From a virus (taxonomy: Duplodnaviria; Caudoviricetes), in the IMG/VR virus record IMGVR_UViG_3300032135_000003, positions 1 through 64,000 of that record: a DNA stretch of 64,000 nt; one strand, 5' to 3'. Under the pieces are notes generated by a model. The model worked only from the letters and a program-made list of their open reading frames with translations, had not been told where the DNA came from and made no database searches. The stretch's first letter is position 1. Each line of letters begins with the position of its first letter. The position numbers and the translations under genes were made by a program. Below, piece after piece: positions 43,263-54,140 of this stretch.

Positions 43263-43712
43263 ATGAAAGACAGTTTATTAATTGCAAAGCTTAAATCTCT
43301 TTTTAAAGAACACACTGCATACACAGAGTACTTTGAAGAGTTTATGATAGAATTAGAGGAAAAGAAAAAAGACCTTGCTTCAAAAGTGGGGGATAAAAAC
43401 TTTGGGCAGATTGTAGAAGACATGGCCTTGGAGTTTTATGTATTAAAATTCAATTATCAAACAGATATAGATATCCTTGTTGATAAGATGATAACCTATG
43501 TAAATGCCGCCAAATTAGAATCCTTAGAAGACTTTATTCCAGAGGATGTAATTAACCTTTTAAAGAAAAATACAGACAAAGCTATACAGCCAAGATTCTT
43601 TATGCTAAAAGGAAAGCCTACAGAGGTTCAAGAAGGGTATGTAGAAGCTCTTAGAGAGAGTTTAAAGGAACAGGGTAACTTACCTAAACTAATAGAGAAT
43701 TTAAAGAAGTAG
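43263..43712 (+). CDS. Hypothetical helical protein
   Basis: In-operon ORF immediately before terminase. Confidence 0.6.
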   Translation: MKDSLLIAKLKSLFKEHTAYTEYFEEFMIELEEKKKDLASKVGDKNFGQIVEDMALEFYVLKFNYQTDIDILVDKMITYVNAAKLESLEDFIPEDVINLLKKNTDKAIQPRFFMLKGKPTEVQEGYVEALRESLKEQGNLPKLIENLKK

Positions 43713-43713
43713 A

Positions 43714-46440
43714 ATGTCTGTATACGTAGATAGGTTTATCAAGCAACACAAAGAGTATTTTAGGAGAAATCAGTCATTCATAGAAAATAATTCTTGGGAT
43801 GATTCAACTGAGTATTCAGATAGGTTGGAAGACTTAACTAATCAACTTGTACAAATTTCCGAAATAAAAACTAAAAAAGCAAGAGATAAAAAACAGGGGG
43901 AGTTAAAGAAAGAAATCACAAGTTTAGGAGACTCCCACCAAAAGAATAAAAAAGAACTGTTCACTCAAGAAAGTACATTGACATCTTCTATTTTAGGGAG
44001 ACTTTCGGCTTTTATAAAAGAGACGGAGAAAACTAATGATAGACAATTAAATAAAGTACAAAAATTTGTAGACTTCACTGTAGATATAATCAATCTGCAT
44101 ATTGAAAAATGTAATACTTATTTAAACTATAACTTAGATTTAGTTGAAGGAGATAATGATGAAGATTATGAAATAGAATATAGAGGTAAGGAAATAACTT
44201 TTCAAGATGATATATTTAAAAAGAAAATAGGAATAGAGGACACCCTAAACTCTTTAAATATAACAAACAGTATTGAAAACTTACAGATAGAATTCTTTAG
44301 GGATCAAAAGGCATCTATACCAATGATGGAAGTTTTGATAGAAAGGTTTCCAGATATAAAAGAGCTTACAGATAAATTAGAGATACCTACTGAGATAATC
44401 GACAAAGAATTTTTCATTTATAAAAACCCTAAAAAAATTCCTAGGTGGAATGAAGGAAAACATTACTGGGAACAAGACAAGGAAGTTTTTAAATTTTGGT
44501 ACAATGAATGGCTTAAGATAAGGTATGGATTTGAGGTAGATGGGTATTTCTTTCATCCATGGCTGTACTTCCACTTAAATTTTTTCAAAACCCCCATGCC
44601 TAGTAAGGGGGGAGGAGATAAAATAGGGAACCCGTTATTAAGAGACAATGAGTGGTATATAGCAGAAGCATTAAAATCAGTTACAAAAGAGGACGGGTAT
44701 TATACTAAAGCAGGGGTCATGCTTTATGGATCGAGAAGAATTGCAAAATCTACCTCGATGGCTTCAATATGTGAATGGAAAGCTACCATAGTAGCAAACG
44801 TCTCTACTGCAATCACTTCGGGATCAGAAGGTGACTTAGGAGAACTGACGCATAAGATCAGAACTTCTATGAATTATCAGCAACCCGCTTTCAAATTAAA
44901 TACACAAAAACAAGAGTGGTCAGGAGGTATTGTGGAACTAGGGTTAAAAGCTGATTCCCAAACACCAATAGAGCACTCTAGGCATACCATAAAAAATCTT
45001 GTTTCGGGGGCTAAAAAAGCTACACAGAAGACAGCAGGGGGAGCCCCAAGTGTTTACTTAATTGAAGAGATAGGAAAGTTCAATTGGGAGAAATCTTACT
45101 TAGCTGCACTACCCTCTTTTCAATCAGATTTTGGTCTTAAAACCACCATCATTGCTGTTGGAACTGGCGGGGAGTCTAGTTTATCAAACGATGCTATGAA
45201 GGCTTTATCCAACCCCTCTACCTTAAAATTTCAAGAAATGGATTGGGACATGTTAGAAAGCAAAATCCCAAAAGCTGCTATAACTTGGAAAAGAAGAAAA
45301 TTTGCACATTTTGTTCCTGGTCAGATGGGAATGAAAGATGGTTTTAAAAGAATAGAAAAAGGTTTTGGAGATTTTTTAGGCATTGATTCTAAAGAGTTAA
45401 ATAAAATTAGAATATTTCAAACAGATTGGATAAATAATACTGGGGTACTTTTAGCAGATAGAAAACTGGTTAGAAATGATAACTTAAAGTTACAACAAGA
45501 GAAAGTACAATATCCAATTGACCCTGAGGAGTGTTTCTTATCCGCTGAAGAAAACCCATTCCCTTCAATGGTTGCAAAAAAACATAGCGACCATTTAATT
45601 TCTATAGGAGAAGTGGGTAAGCCAGTAGACCTCTATAGAGATAACGATGGTAAGGTATGTTTTGAAAATAGTCACAAAGAGTATCCAATATTTCCTTTTC
45701 CAGGGGGACACCATGATTCGCCTGTGACTTTATATGAGTTACCCCCTGAATTTCCTGATGTTAACAATAATTTATATATCGCAGGTTATGACGGGTATAA
45801 GCATGAGCAGTCTGACGGGGACTCTTTAGGCTCTATTGTTATTTATAAAAGGATATTTACAATGGGTGAGTGGGACGATAGAATAGTTGCTTCGTTACAC
45901 ACTCGTCCAGACCCCCATAGTGATTTTCATAAAACTTGTTTAATGCTTTTAGAGTTATATGGTGCTAAATGCTTTCCTGAAAATGAAGACATGGATTTCA
46001 AAGTATATTTAGATAAGAAGTTTTTAACTGATAAATACTTAGTAAAAGGTTTCAATTTATTAGCAGATTTTGATTTAAATACAAATGGTAATAGGGAGTT
46101 TGGATGGCAACCAACTGCTAAGAATAAAAGAGCTTTATTAGGGCAAGCTATCAGGTACACTAAAGAAGAAACAGATACAAGAAATGAAGAGGGGGAAATA
46201 ATAAAAACAACTCTAGGTATACAAAGAATACCAGATTTGAAGATATTAGAGGAGATGATAAATTATAAAGAAGGTGGAAATTTTGATGGGATAACATCTT
46301 TTATGTCTGCACTAGCTTATGCTCACTGGTTAGATCAAAACTATATTTCTCCCGATGTGAGGAAAAAACAAGAAGAGTATATAAAGCCAAGAACTACAGC
46401 GTCAAGACCTTTTGGAGGCAAGAGATATAAACCCTTCTAA
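43714..46440 (+). CDS. terL: Terminase large subunit with long N-terminal extension
   Basis: GSRRIAKST Walker A, YLIEEIGK Walker B, GTGG, YIAGYDGY RNase H motif, GNFD; upstream of portal. Confidence 0.9.
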   Translation: MSVYVDRFIKQHKEYFRRNQSFIENNSWDDSTEYSDRLEDLTNQLVQISEIKTKKARDKKQGELKKEITSLGDSHQKNKKELFTQESTLTSSILGRLSAFIKETEKTNDRQLNKVQKFVDFTVDIINLHIEKCNTYLNYNLDLVEGDNDEDYEIEYRGKEITFQDDIFKKKIGIEDTLNSLNITNSIENLQIEFFRDQKASIPMMEVLIERFPDIKELTDKLEIPTEIIDKEFFIYKNPKKIPRWNEGKHYWEQDKEVFKFWYNEWLKIRYGFEVDGYFFHPWLYFHLNFFKTPMPSKGGGDKIGNPLLRDNEWYIAEALKSVTKEDGYYTKAGVMLYGSRRIAKSTSMASICEWKATIVANVSTAITSGSEGDLGELTHKIRTSMNYQQPAFKLNTQKQEWSGGIVELGLKADSQTPIEHSRHTIKNLVSGAKKATQKTAGGAPSVYLIEEIGKFNWEKSYLAALPSFQSDFGLKTTIIAVGTGGESSLSNDAMKALSNPSTLKFQEMDWDMLESKIPKAAITWKRRKFAHFVPGQMGMKDGFKRIEKGFGDFLGIDSKELNKIRIFQTDWINNTGVLLADRKLVRNDNLKLQQEKVQYPIDPEECFLSAEENPFPSMVAKKHSDHLISIGEVGKPVDLYRDNDGKVCFENSHKEYPIFPFPGGHHDSPVTLYELPPEFPDVNNNLYIAGYDGYKHEQSDGDSLGSIVIYKRIFTMGEWDDRIVASLHTRPDPHSDFHKTCLMLLELYGAKCFPENEDMDFKVYLDKKFLTDKYLVKGFNLLADFDLNTNGNREFGWQPTAKNKRALLGQAIRYTKEETDTRNEEGEIIKTTLGIQRIPDLKILEEMINYKEGGNFDGITSFMSALAYAHWLDQNYISPDVRKKQEEYIKPRTTASRPFGGKRYKPF

Positions 46441-46468
46441 ATCAACAGTAAATTAATGTATTTTCTAT

Positions 46469-46492
46469 TTAACATTCTTTTAACTATTTTTG
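46469..46492 (+). promoter_or_regulatory. Portal promoter with repeat box abutting the -7 element
   Basis: TTAAC 46469, 46480; TATTTTTG 46485. Confidence 0.65.
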
Positions 46493-46525
46493 CAAGATAT
46501 TTTATTTTTAATATAAACTACCTTC

Positions 46526-49324
46526 ATGGGGCTCGATAATACTTTTTCACAATTTAAAGGACTAGCAGGAACACAAGGCATGTCCCAAAGTCTACTTCCA
46601 CAGGCCATACCTAATAGTAAGAAGTCAAAAGCCTGGAAAGAAGGTAATATGGACAGACTTGAAATGATAGGTCTGGAGCAATTTAAAGAGAACCTTGTCT
46701 TTAAAGACTTCTACGATATGATAGAAGGAAGATTAGTCTACTCTGATTATGAGTCAAACCCAGAACTTTTAAGGGACATAACAAAACTAAGAGAAGAAAT
46801 TGATCTCCCCACTTTTGTAAAGCATTACGACATATTAGGAATAATAGTCAACACGCTTGTAGGAGATTATATGGATCAGAAAGATAGATTCAGAGTACAC
46901 TCCACAGATGCTATTTCAGAGAATGAGTTTATACAGAATAAAACAGAAAGGGTTAAGAAGTTTGTATCAGAGAGCTTCAATATAAAATTACAGAAAAAAC
47001 TAATTGAAAGGGGTATAAACCCTAATGAGCAGGATTTCAAATCAGAAGAAGAAAAGCAAGCCTACCTACAACAAATTGAAGCTACAAGAGAAGAGATGAC
47101 ACCTCCTGACATTGAGCTTGATATGCAAAAGAACTGGAAGACCAAAGCTGCTGAATGGGCTGAGAATACTATTGAAGCCGATACAGAGAAATTCAGAATG
47201 GATGACCTCGATAGGCAGGAGATGACAGACTACCTCTTAACAGGTAGATTTTTTAGACATTTCAAAGTAGGCTATGACAGTTATAAGCCTGAGCGTTGGA
47301 GTCCTATAAATACATTCTTTTCCCAAGACTTAGAAATTAAGAACCCACAAGACGGGGAATACGTTGGTAGAGTGCATTATATCTCTGCATCCGATGTAAT
47401 AAATAGATACGGGCATTTAATAACCGCAATAGAACAACAACAGTTAACAGGTTATTATGATGAAGAATTAAGTGAAGGAACTACATCAGGTGGAAGAGAA
47501 CCTTCTTTTGATAAAGTATTAGACAACCATTTTGTAGAGAATCACATTGTACCAGATGCCAATTACTATGAAAGGGAAATGGCGTATGAGCTGGAAGATG
47601 TTTTAGGAGAACCAATGGGAGAGAGGTTTACCCTTGATGAAAATGGAAATGAACAAAGGTCAAAAACTTTCCTACCAAGAAAAAACAATTTAAATTATAT
47701 AGGGACTGGTTATGCTGCCCATATTAGAAGTGATATAAAAGTAAGAACAGATTTAATTCAAGTAACCGAAACGTATTGGAGAGGATTTGAAAGAATTGGG
47801 CTGCTTACTTATGAAACTGAGGAAGGTATTATTGACCAAGAAATAGTTACAGATGATATACTGTCTGATTTCCTAAAAGAGAATAATATTAAAAGGGTCA
47901 ATACAAAAACCCTTGAAGAGGTAGATAATGCCGCACGTAAAGGAGACTTAAAAGACTTTGTAAACACAATTGTATTTACTTATGTTCCACAGATATATGG
48001 AGGAGTAAAAGTAAACAAAGGAAATTCCTATTTAAAGAAGGATTTATATTTAAAAGTAGAACCGTTGCCTTATCAAATAAAAGGGGATAGTGATATTTAT
48101 GATATCAAATTACCTGTATCAGGACTTATTGGAAACTCCATGGCAATGAAAATTAGACCATACCAGATAGGTTATAATTATTGTATGAACCAGATATATA
48201 ATTTGCTGGAAAAAGAAATAGGAATGTTCTTTCTATTTGATGTAAATTATTTACCCTCTGAGTTTAAAGACCAAGGAACTTCTGAGGACTGGATGCTACA
48301 GTTAAGAGAAATGGCAAGAGATGTAGGGATTGTACCATTAGACACCTCAAAACAAAACACCAAGTCAGCACAACAGTTCAATACTTTTATGTCACAAAGT
48401 ATAACCTACGATGTACAGATTAAGAGTAGGATGGAATTGGCTGCAAGTTATAAAGCACAGGCATTAGAACAAATAGGTATAACCCCACAAAGATTAGGTA
48501 CACCTTCACAGTATTCTACAGCAGAAGGGATTAAAAAAGCAGACAGCGCAACTTTCTCACAAACAGAAGCTTATTTTGCAGATATGAGATCATCTAAGGT
48601 ACGAACTTTAGAGATGCATTTAGCAATAGCACAGTACGCTCAAAAGGAAGGGAAAGACATTTCTGTATTCTATACAAAAAGTACTGGAGATACAATCTTT
48701 CTAAACTTCACTGATCCAGATTTCCCACTGAGAAGACTGGGAGTTTTACCCACTACAAATTCTAAGACAAGAAAAGAACTTGAAAATATCAAAGCCTACC
48801 TTCTAAATGACAATACAATGGGTCATGATATCCTAGACTTTGCACAACTAATGACCAGTGATACAATGACTGAGATACTTTCAGTTGGTAGAAAAGCTAG
48901 GAAAGAAGCCCAAGAGAGAGAGCAGGAAGGCTTCCAGAGAGAGCAAGATCTTCTTAATCAAGAACTACAAGCAAACGCTGAAAAAGCCCAAGGGGATAGA
49001 GATATGGTTATTTCTGAGAACCAATTAGACAGGGAAAACAAGATTGAAACAGAGTACATACAAGCCTTAGGTAGAGCCGCAGATAAGAATTCTAACACAG
49101 ATGATATGGAATTTGTGAGGAAAGCAAAGGATGAATCTCTAAAGAATTCGCAAAGAGATAGGGAAATTGATATCAAAGAAGATCAAGTCACCAGTCAAAA
49201 GTCTAAAGATGTAGCTGACTTAGAAATCAAAAGAGATAAGAATATGCTAGAACTTTTGAAGCTTAGACAAAAAAGAGAAGAGGTCAAAGCCCAAGAGCGC
49301 ATTAGCATCAGGAACAAAAATTAA
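46526..49324 (+). CDS. Portal protein (crAss-like)
   Basis: Position after terL; KHYDILGIIVNTLVG, IGITPQRLG motifs; coiled-coil C-terminus. Confidence 0.85.
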   Translation: MGLDNTFSQFKGLAGTQGMSQSLLPQAIPNSKKSKAWKEGNMDRLEMIGLEQFKENLVFKDFYDMIEGRLVYSDYESNPELLRDITKLREEIDLPTFVKHYDILGIIVNTLVGDYMDQKDRFRVHSTDAISENEFIQNKTERVKKFVSESFNIKLQKKLIERGINPNEQDFKSEEEKQAYLQQIEATREEMTPPDIELDMQKNWKTKAAEWAENTIEADTEKFRMDDLDRQEMTDYLLTGRFFRHFKVGYDSYKPERWSPINTFFSQDLEIKNPQDGEYVGRVHYISASDVINRYGHLITAIEQQQLTGYYDEELSEGTTSGGREPSFDKVLDNHFVENHIVPDANYYEREMAYELEDVLGEPMGERFTLDENGNEQRSKTFLPRKNNLNYIGTGYAAHIRSDIKVRTDLIQVTETYWRGFERIGLLTYETEEGIIDQEIVTDDILSDFLKENNIKRVNTKTLEEVDNAARKGDLKDFVNTIVFTYVPQIYGGVKVNKGNSYLKKDLYLKVEPLPYQIKGDSDIYDIKLPVSGLIGNSMAMKIRPYQIGYNYCMNQIYNLLEKEIGMFFLFDVNYLPSEFKDQGTSEDWMLQLREMARDVGIVPLDTSKQNTKSAQQFNTFMSQSITYDVQIKSRMELAASYKAQALEQIGITPQRLGTPSQYSTAEGIKKADSATFSQTEAYFADMRSSKVRTLEMHLAIAQYAQKEGKDISVFYTKSTGDTIFLNFTDPDFPLRRLGVLPTTNSKTRKELENIKAYLLNDNTMGHDILDFAQLMTSDTMTEILSVGRKARKEAQEREQEGFQREQDLLNQELQANAEKAQGDRDMVISENQLDRENKIETEYIQALGRAADKNSNTDDMEFVRKAKDESLKNSQRDREIDIKEDQVTSQKSKDVADLEIKRDKNMLELLKLRQKREEVKAQERISIRNKN

Positions 49325-49446
49325 TTAATTATTTATATAATATAAATTTAGGATTCATAAAAAGTCCTTTATTTGGAAATTCTTAAAAATACAAGAGAAA
49401 ACTAAGAATTTTTGATAACCTAAACATTTAACATAAATTTGCATCA

Positions 49447-50553
49447 ATGATTGGAAAACCAAATTCTGAAGAAGGTATAATGTCTTGGGACGATCTAATG
49501 GATGAGAGTCCACTAGAAGTAACTAAGCCAAACGTAGAGGAAGAAATTACTACGCAGGAGATACCTTCAACTGAGGAAGAAGAAGAGGAAGTAGAAACTA
49601 CAGTAGAGACTGTAGAAGAACAAGAAGAGGAAGAAAAACCTGAACCAAAAAAAGCCAAGGAAAATACAAATTCTGGAAATAGTTCTTTTACAAACATCAC
49701 CAAAAAGTACATTGAAAATGGAAAATGGGACGATGTAGTACTTGAGATAGATGGGGAAGAAGTCCAACTTTCCGAATTAGAAGATTTAGACGAAGATACG
49801 TTCTTTCAAATACAGGATGCTCAGGAGAAACTAAAAGAAGAAGAGAGGTCAGAAAAGTTCATCAATAAAGAAGGACTTAACGAAACCTCACTTAAACTTA
49901 TAGAACTTCAAAAAAACGGGGGAGATATCTCTGAGGCTTTTAGAGTATATAATGAATACGTAAATCCGCTTGAAGGACTTGACCTCAACAACGAGAGAAT
50001 ACAAGAACACCTTGTAAGAAAAAGTTTAGAGAGAAAGGTAGATGACCCAGATGTAATCAACTACACTATTGAAAAGTATAAAAAAGATTTGGTTCTCGAT
50101 AAAAAGGCTAAAGAGGTAGTAGACTTCACCAACCAAGCCTTTGACACCTACATACAACAAAAGAATACAGAGGCTAAAGATAAGAAGACTGAAGAAGTAG
50201 AAGCTCACAAGACGTATTTAAACACTCTAAAGGAGCAGTATAAAGATGTAGACTTGAAGCCAGCCCTCAAAAATAAGTTTTTACAACTTGCCAACAGGGA
50301 TGATAAAGGAGAGATAGAAGCAATTAATTTAGTTAGAGAGCAACTAAAAGACCCAGCACAAGCAAAAGAACTTTTGTACTTCATAGCCGAGAGGGAAGCA
50401 TACAAAAAGAGTATTGGAATAGAATCTAAGAAAACAACAAACTTAGACACTTTCAAAAAAATAAATATAATTAAAGACAGACAGAAAAAACAATCTGGTA
50501 CAACTAAAAAAGTTGAAAAAGATGTTGCTGATTTTAACTTTTTTGAAATTTAA
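49447..50553 (+). CDS. Acidic scaffold-like protein
   Basis: Highly acidic and helical, between portal and MCP; TAAATTTG promoter at 49434. Confidence 0.6.
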   Translation: MIGKPNSEEGIMSWDDLMDESPLEVTKPNVEEEITTQEIPSTEEEEEEVETTVETVEEQEEEEKPEPKKAKENTNSGNSSFTNITKKYIENGKWDDVVLEIDGEEVQLSELEDLDEDTFFQIQDAQEKLKEEERSEKFINKEGLNETSLKLIELQKNGGDISEAFRVYNEYVNPLEGLDLNNERIQEHLVRKSLERKVDDPDVINYTIEKYKKDLVLDKKAKEVVDFTNQAFDTYIQQKNTEAKDKKTEEVEAHKTYLNTLKEQYKDVDLKPALKNKFLQLANRDDKGEIEAINLVREQLKDPAQAKELLYFIAEREAYKKSIGIESKKTTNLDTFKKINIIKDRQKKQSGTTKKVEKDVADFNFFEI

Positions 50554-50590
50554 GTATAATCAATTAACAACTAAATAAAAACTATTAACA

Positions 50591-52291
50591 ATGGCAGTAA
50601 CACAAAAAGGTGTACCAATGCAGAGACAAGGAGACCAAGTAATTGGATTTCTTAACTCTACACAGGTAAAATCTATTCAAGGATACCAAGACATGGCATC
50701 CCTAAACTCTTGGTATCACCAAGACCCTTTAAACAACCACTTAGGTTTAATGCAGTTCTGGGGAAACCAAGATAGAACTACTGTGCCTATTTACGGAGAA
50801 CTAATGAAAAACAAATCTATTATTGAAGTAGATGGTTTTGAAGGTTCTTTCTCGTATGATATTCCAATTGAAGAAGCTAAAGGCTGTATAACTGAGGTAG
50901 ATTTATCTGCGCAACAGTTTCCAGGTGTGGATGGTTCTCCTTTTGAAATAGGACTTGACCGTGAATACACTAAAGGAGATATCCTTACTTATGACCCTGA
51001 ATTTGGAGAACAAGTAATAGTAACTGATGACGCAAATGTAAGAATGGAAGGTACTGCCTTTATTCACACTGTTGCCCTTATTACTAATGATAAACTTCGT
51101 TATTTCCCATCTCACCAATTAGCTAAAGGTATTTCTTACTACAAGCTTTCTCATGCAGGTGGAGAATATACAACTGAGTTCTCTCACGTTGAATTCCCTG
51201 ACACTGTAGGACACATGACTTGTGAATTTAAGTTAGGTGGAATCAGAGGGGCACAAGCTTATGTAACTGGTTTTGCAGATAAGAAAACTAAAAACTTCTC
51301 TGGAGCAGCCGCATCAAGCCAACAATTCTTAGATAAAATTTCTCAGGAAGCAGACGCTAAAGGTGAATTTGTATTTGTAACAAATATAGACAAGTCAACT
51401 GGGAAACCTAATATGAAAAATGCTTCTATTGGAACTACTATGGAGTATCTAGTAATGAAAGAGCTTGAGAAAATGACAGCTCAATCCTTACTTTTCCAAA
51501 AGGCAGGTACAGTAAATGATGGTAATGGTTCTTTCCGTATCAACGAAGGTCTATGGCATCAACTACGTAGAGGTAAGCGTATTCTTTATGGTCGTCCAGG
51601 TGGTATCACCCGTTCTAAAATTAAAGAAGCCGCAGAATATGTATTCCGTTCTAACCCTACTTTAGACTACCGTGAAAGGAGAATCAAATTCAAATGTGGA
51701 ACTAGAGCGTATGACAACGTATTAGAGATTTTCTCTGAAGAAGTAAACGCACAACTAGATAGACTATCTGCATTCTTAGGAACAGACAGACAACTTCCAA
51801 AATCTCCTATTTCAGGAACAAGCTTAACCGAGCTTAAATTAGAGGAAGTAAGATTTACTGAAGTGTTCCTTCCAGGAATCGGAACAGTAGAACTTGAAAA
51901 AGATGAGTCTCTTGACTACTCTGTAATGTCTGATAGGTTCTCTACAGGATCACACGGAGATGGTATGGCACACACAACTTACTCTATGGTAATTTGGGAT
52001 GCTTCAAACCAAGGATACTCTAACAACAAAAATCTTCCAAAAGGAACTAAACTTGTTGAAGGTGGAAATTCTAACTCTAACATCTTTATCGTTAAACCAA
52101 AAGGTGAAATGACTTACTGGGGTAGAGAAAATGGACGTTATGATATAGACAAAGCTGGTGGAATTGTTTCATCTAGTAAGTATATAGGGACTGAATTCTG
52201 GGCATTTAATAGCTCTAGTATTTGGGTAAAAGACCTAACCAAATTTGTTATGATTGAGTTAAACCCTGCCGCTAGGTTAGGTTTCAACTAG
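50591..52291 (+). CDS. Major capsid protein (crAss-like)
   Basis: Synteny, 566 aa, biased codon usage (CGT, TTC, AAC), EGLWHQLRRG motif, terminator downstream. Confidence 0.85.
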   Translation: MAVTQKGVPMQRQGDQVIGFLNSTQVKSIQGYQDMASLNSWYHQDPLNNHLGLMQFWGNQDRTTVPIYGELMKNKSIIEVDGFEGSFSYDIPIEEAKGCITEVDLSAQQFPGVDGSPFEIGLDREYTKGDILTYDPEFGEQVIVTDDANVRMEGTAFIHTVALITNDKLRYFPSHQLAKGISYYKLSHAGGEYTTEFSHVEFPDTVGHMTCEFKLGGIRGAQAYVTGFADKKTKNFSGAAASSQQFLDKISQEADAKGEFVFVTNIDKSTGKPNMKNASIGTTMEYLVMKELEKMTAQSLLFQKAGTVNDGNGSFRINEGLWHQLRRGKRILYGRPGGITRSKIKEAAEYVFRSNPTLDYRERRIKFKCGTRAYDNVLEIFSEEVNAQLDRLSAFLGTDRQLPKSPISGTSLTELKLEEVRFTEVFLPGIGTVELEKDESLDYSVMSDRFSTGSHGDGMAHTTYSMVIWDASNQGYSNNKNLPKGTKLVEGGNSNSNIFIVKPKGEMTYWGRENGRYDIDKAGGIVSSSKYIGTEFWAFNSSSIWVKDLTKFVMIELNPAARLGFN

Positions 52292-52309
52292 AGAATAAAT
52301 ATTTAAGAA

Positions 52310-52350
52310 GTTTTCCTCTGTACTATTAGGTGCGGAGGAAAATCTTTCTT
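52310..52350 (+). terminator. Terminator after the MCP gene
   Basis: TTTTCCTCTGTAC-TATTAG-GTGCGGAGGAAAA-TCTTTCTT. Confidence 0.65.
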
Positions 52351-52376
52351 ATCTTTGTTAAAATTTTAACAATTAG

Positions 52377-54059
52377 ATGAGAGGAAAAACAACCCCGCAG
52401 TTCATTGAAGAAGGGAATTTAACACATAATAATTTTTATTCTTATCCCAATGCAATATATGTTGCTGCTAAGAATAGGTTAAAAATTCAATGTCCTATAC
52501 ATGGGGAGTTTCAACAATCTCCAGACAATCATATAAATAGTAAAAGAGGTTGTAAAAAATGTGGATATATTAAAGGACACAATAAATTAAAATATGGAGT
52601 AGAGAAGTTTATTAAGCAAGCTAAGAAAGCTCATAATAACAACCCTTTACTTAATTATGACAAGGTAGAACTTGATGTCCTTAGTGACACAGTGACTATA
52701 ACTTGTAAGATACACGGAGACTTTCCGCAAAAAGCATCTGACCACTTAAAACCTTCAGGTTGTCCTAAGTGTTCAAGAGAAAAAGCTGTTGATAAAATTA
52801 GAATACCATTAGAAGAGGCGATCAGAAGATCAAAAGAAGCACACGGAGATAAATATGATTATTCTTTACTTAAGTACGATAAAGTAACTGATATAGTACA
52901 AATAGGTTGTCCAAAGCATGGATTTTTTCCCGTAGCTTTAAATTCACACTATTCTGGAGTAGAATGCAAGGATTGTAGTATAGAAAGACAAACTACAAAT
53001 AAATTTGATGATGTAGAAGATTTTGTTAGAAAGGCTAACTTAGCACATAACAACTTCTTTGATTATTCAAAAGTGGTGTATACAGATTCTACAACTAATG
53101 TAGTTATCACTTGTCCAGATCACGGGGACTTTCCTCAAATGCCATACAACCATATACAAGAACAGGGTTGTAGTAAATGTTACTCAAACGTATCTAAAAA
53201 AGAAACTGCTGTATTAGACTTCATATCTTCTCACATAGAAGCGGAAGGAACAAACAGACAGTTTATAAATAATAAGGAAATAGACATAGTTGTCCCCTCT
53301 AAAAAATTAGCTATAGAGTTTGACGGACTCTACTACCATAGCGAAAAGTTCATTGATAAAAAATACCATTTAGAAAAAACCCAAGAGTGCAATAAAATTG
53401 GGTATTCTTTAGTCCACATATTTGAGGATGAATGGGATAAAAAACCAGAGATTGTAAAATCCAGATTGCTGAACCTAATAGGAAAAACCCCTAATAGAAT
53501 CTTCGCAAGAAAGACAGTTATAAAAGAGGTTAGCAGCAAAGACTCAAGGGAGTTTTTACAAAGATGTCACATACAAGGTAATGTGAATGGAACAATAAGA
53601 CTGGGACTTTACTATGAAGATAAATTAGTATCCCTAATGACATTTGGAGCCCTTAGAGCAACTTTAAGACAGGAGAAGAAAGAAGGATCGTTTGAACTAC
53701 TAAGGTTCTGTAACGAACTTAATACAACTGTTGTTGGAGGGGCAAGTAAATTGTTTAAACACTTCCTTAACAATTATAAGACCAAAGAGATTATTTCTTA
53801 TGCTGATAGAAGATGGAGTGAAGGAAACCTTTACGAACAACTAGGTTTTGATTTTATAGCAGATACAGACCCCAACTTTTTCTACACAAAAGGAACTGTC
53901 AGAGAAAGTAGATATAAGTTTCAAAAACATAAACTGGAAGATCAGGGAGAAGATAAATCTAAAACTGCTACTGAAATAATGAAAGATAAAGGGTATAGTA
54001 GGATATTTGATTGCGGTTCTAAGAAGTATAAATTTACAGTTCAGAGTTCAGAACTATAA
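52377..54059 (+). CDS. Free-standing homing endonuclease (DUF723-like Zn repeats, PD-(D/E)XK-like and Hef-like domains)
   Basis: Four C-x2-HG-x-F...C-x2-C repeats; EIDI...AIEFDGLYYH...HIFEDEW; ELLRFC...GGASKL...SYADRR. Confidence 0.85.
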   Translation: MRGKTTPQFIEEGNLTHNNFYSYPNAIYVAAKNRLKIQCPIHGEFQQSPDNHINSKRGCKKCGYIKGHNKLKYGVEKFIKQAKKAHNNNPLLNYDKVELDVLSDTVTITCKIHGDFPQKASDHLKPSGCPKCSREKAVDKIRIPLEEAIRRSKEAHGDKYDYSLLKYDKVTDIVQIGCPKHGFFPVALNSHYSGVECKDCSIERQTTNKFDDVEDFVRKANLAHNNFFDYSKVVYTDSTTNVVITCPDHGDFPQMPYNHIQEQGCSKCYSNVSKKETAVLDFISSHIEAEGTNRQFINNKEIDIVVPSKKLAIEFDGLYYHSEKFIDKKYHLEKTQECNKIGYSLVHIFEDEWDKKPEIVKSRLLNLIGKTPNRIFARKTVIKEVSSKDSREFLQRCHIQGNVNGTIRLGLYYEDKLVSLMTFGALRATLRQEKKEGSFELLRFCNELNTTVVGGASKLFKHFLNNYKTKEIISYADRRWSEGNLYEQLGFDFIADTDPNFFYTKGTVRESRYKFQKHKLEDQGEDKSKTATEIMKDKGYSRIFDCGSKKYKFTVQSSEL

Positions 54060-54099
54060 AGAATTTACTTATAAATTTTTCAATTAGCGTTATATTGCT

Positions 54100-54127
54100 T
54101 ATTTTTGCATTGTTAAAGTAATGTTAA
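54100..54127 (+). promoter_or_regulatory. Late promoter with repeat box over the start site
   Basis: TATTTTTG 54100; GTTAA 54112, 54123. Confidence 0.65.
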
Positions 54128-54140
54128 TAAAACCAATATA

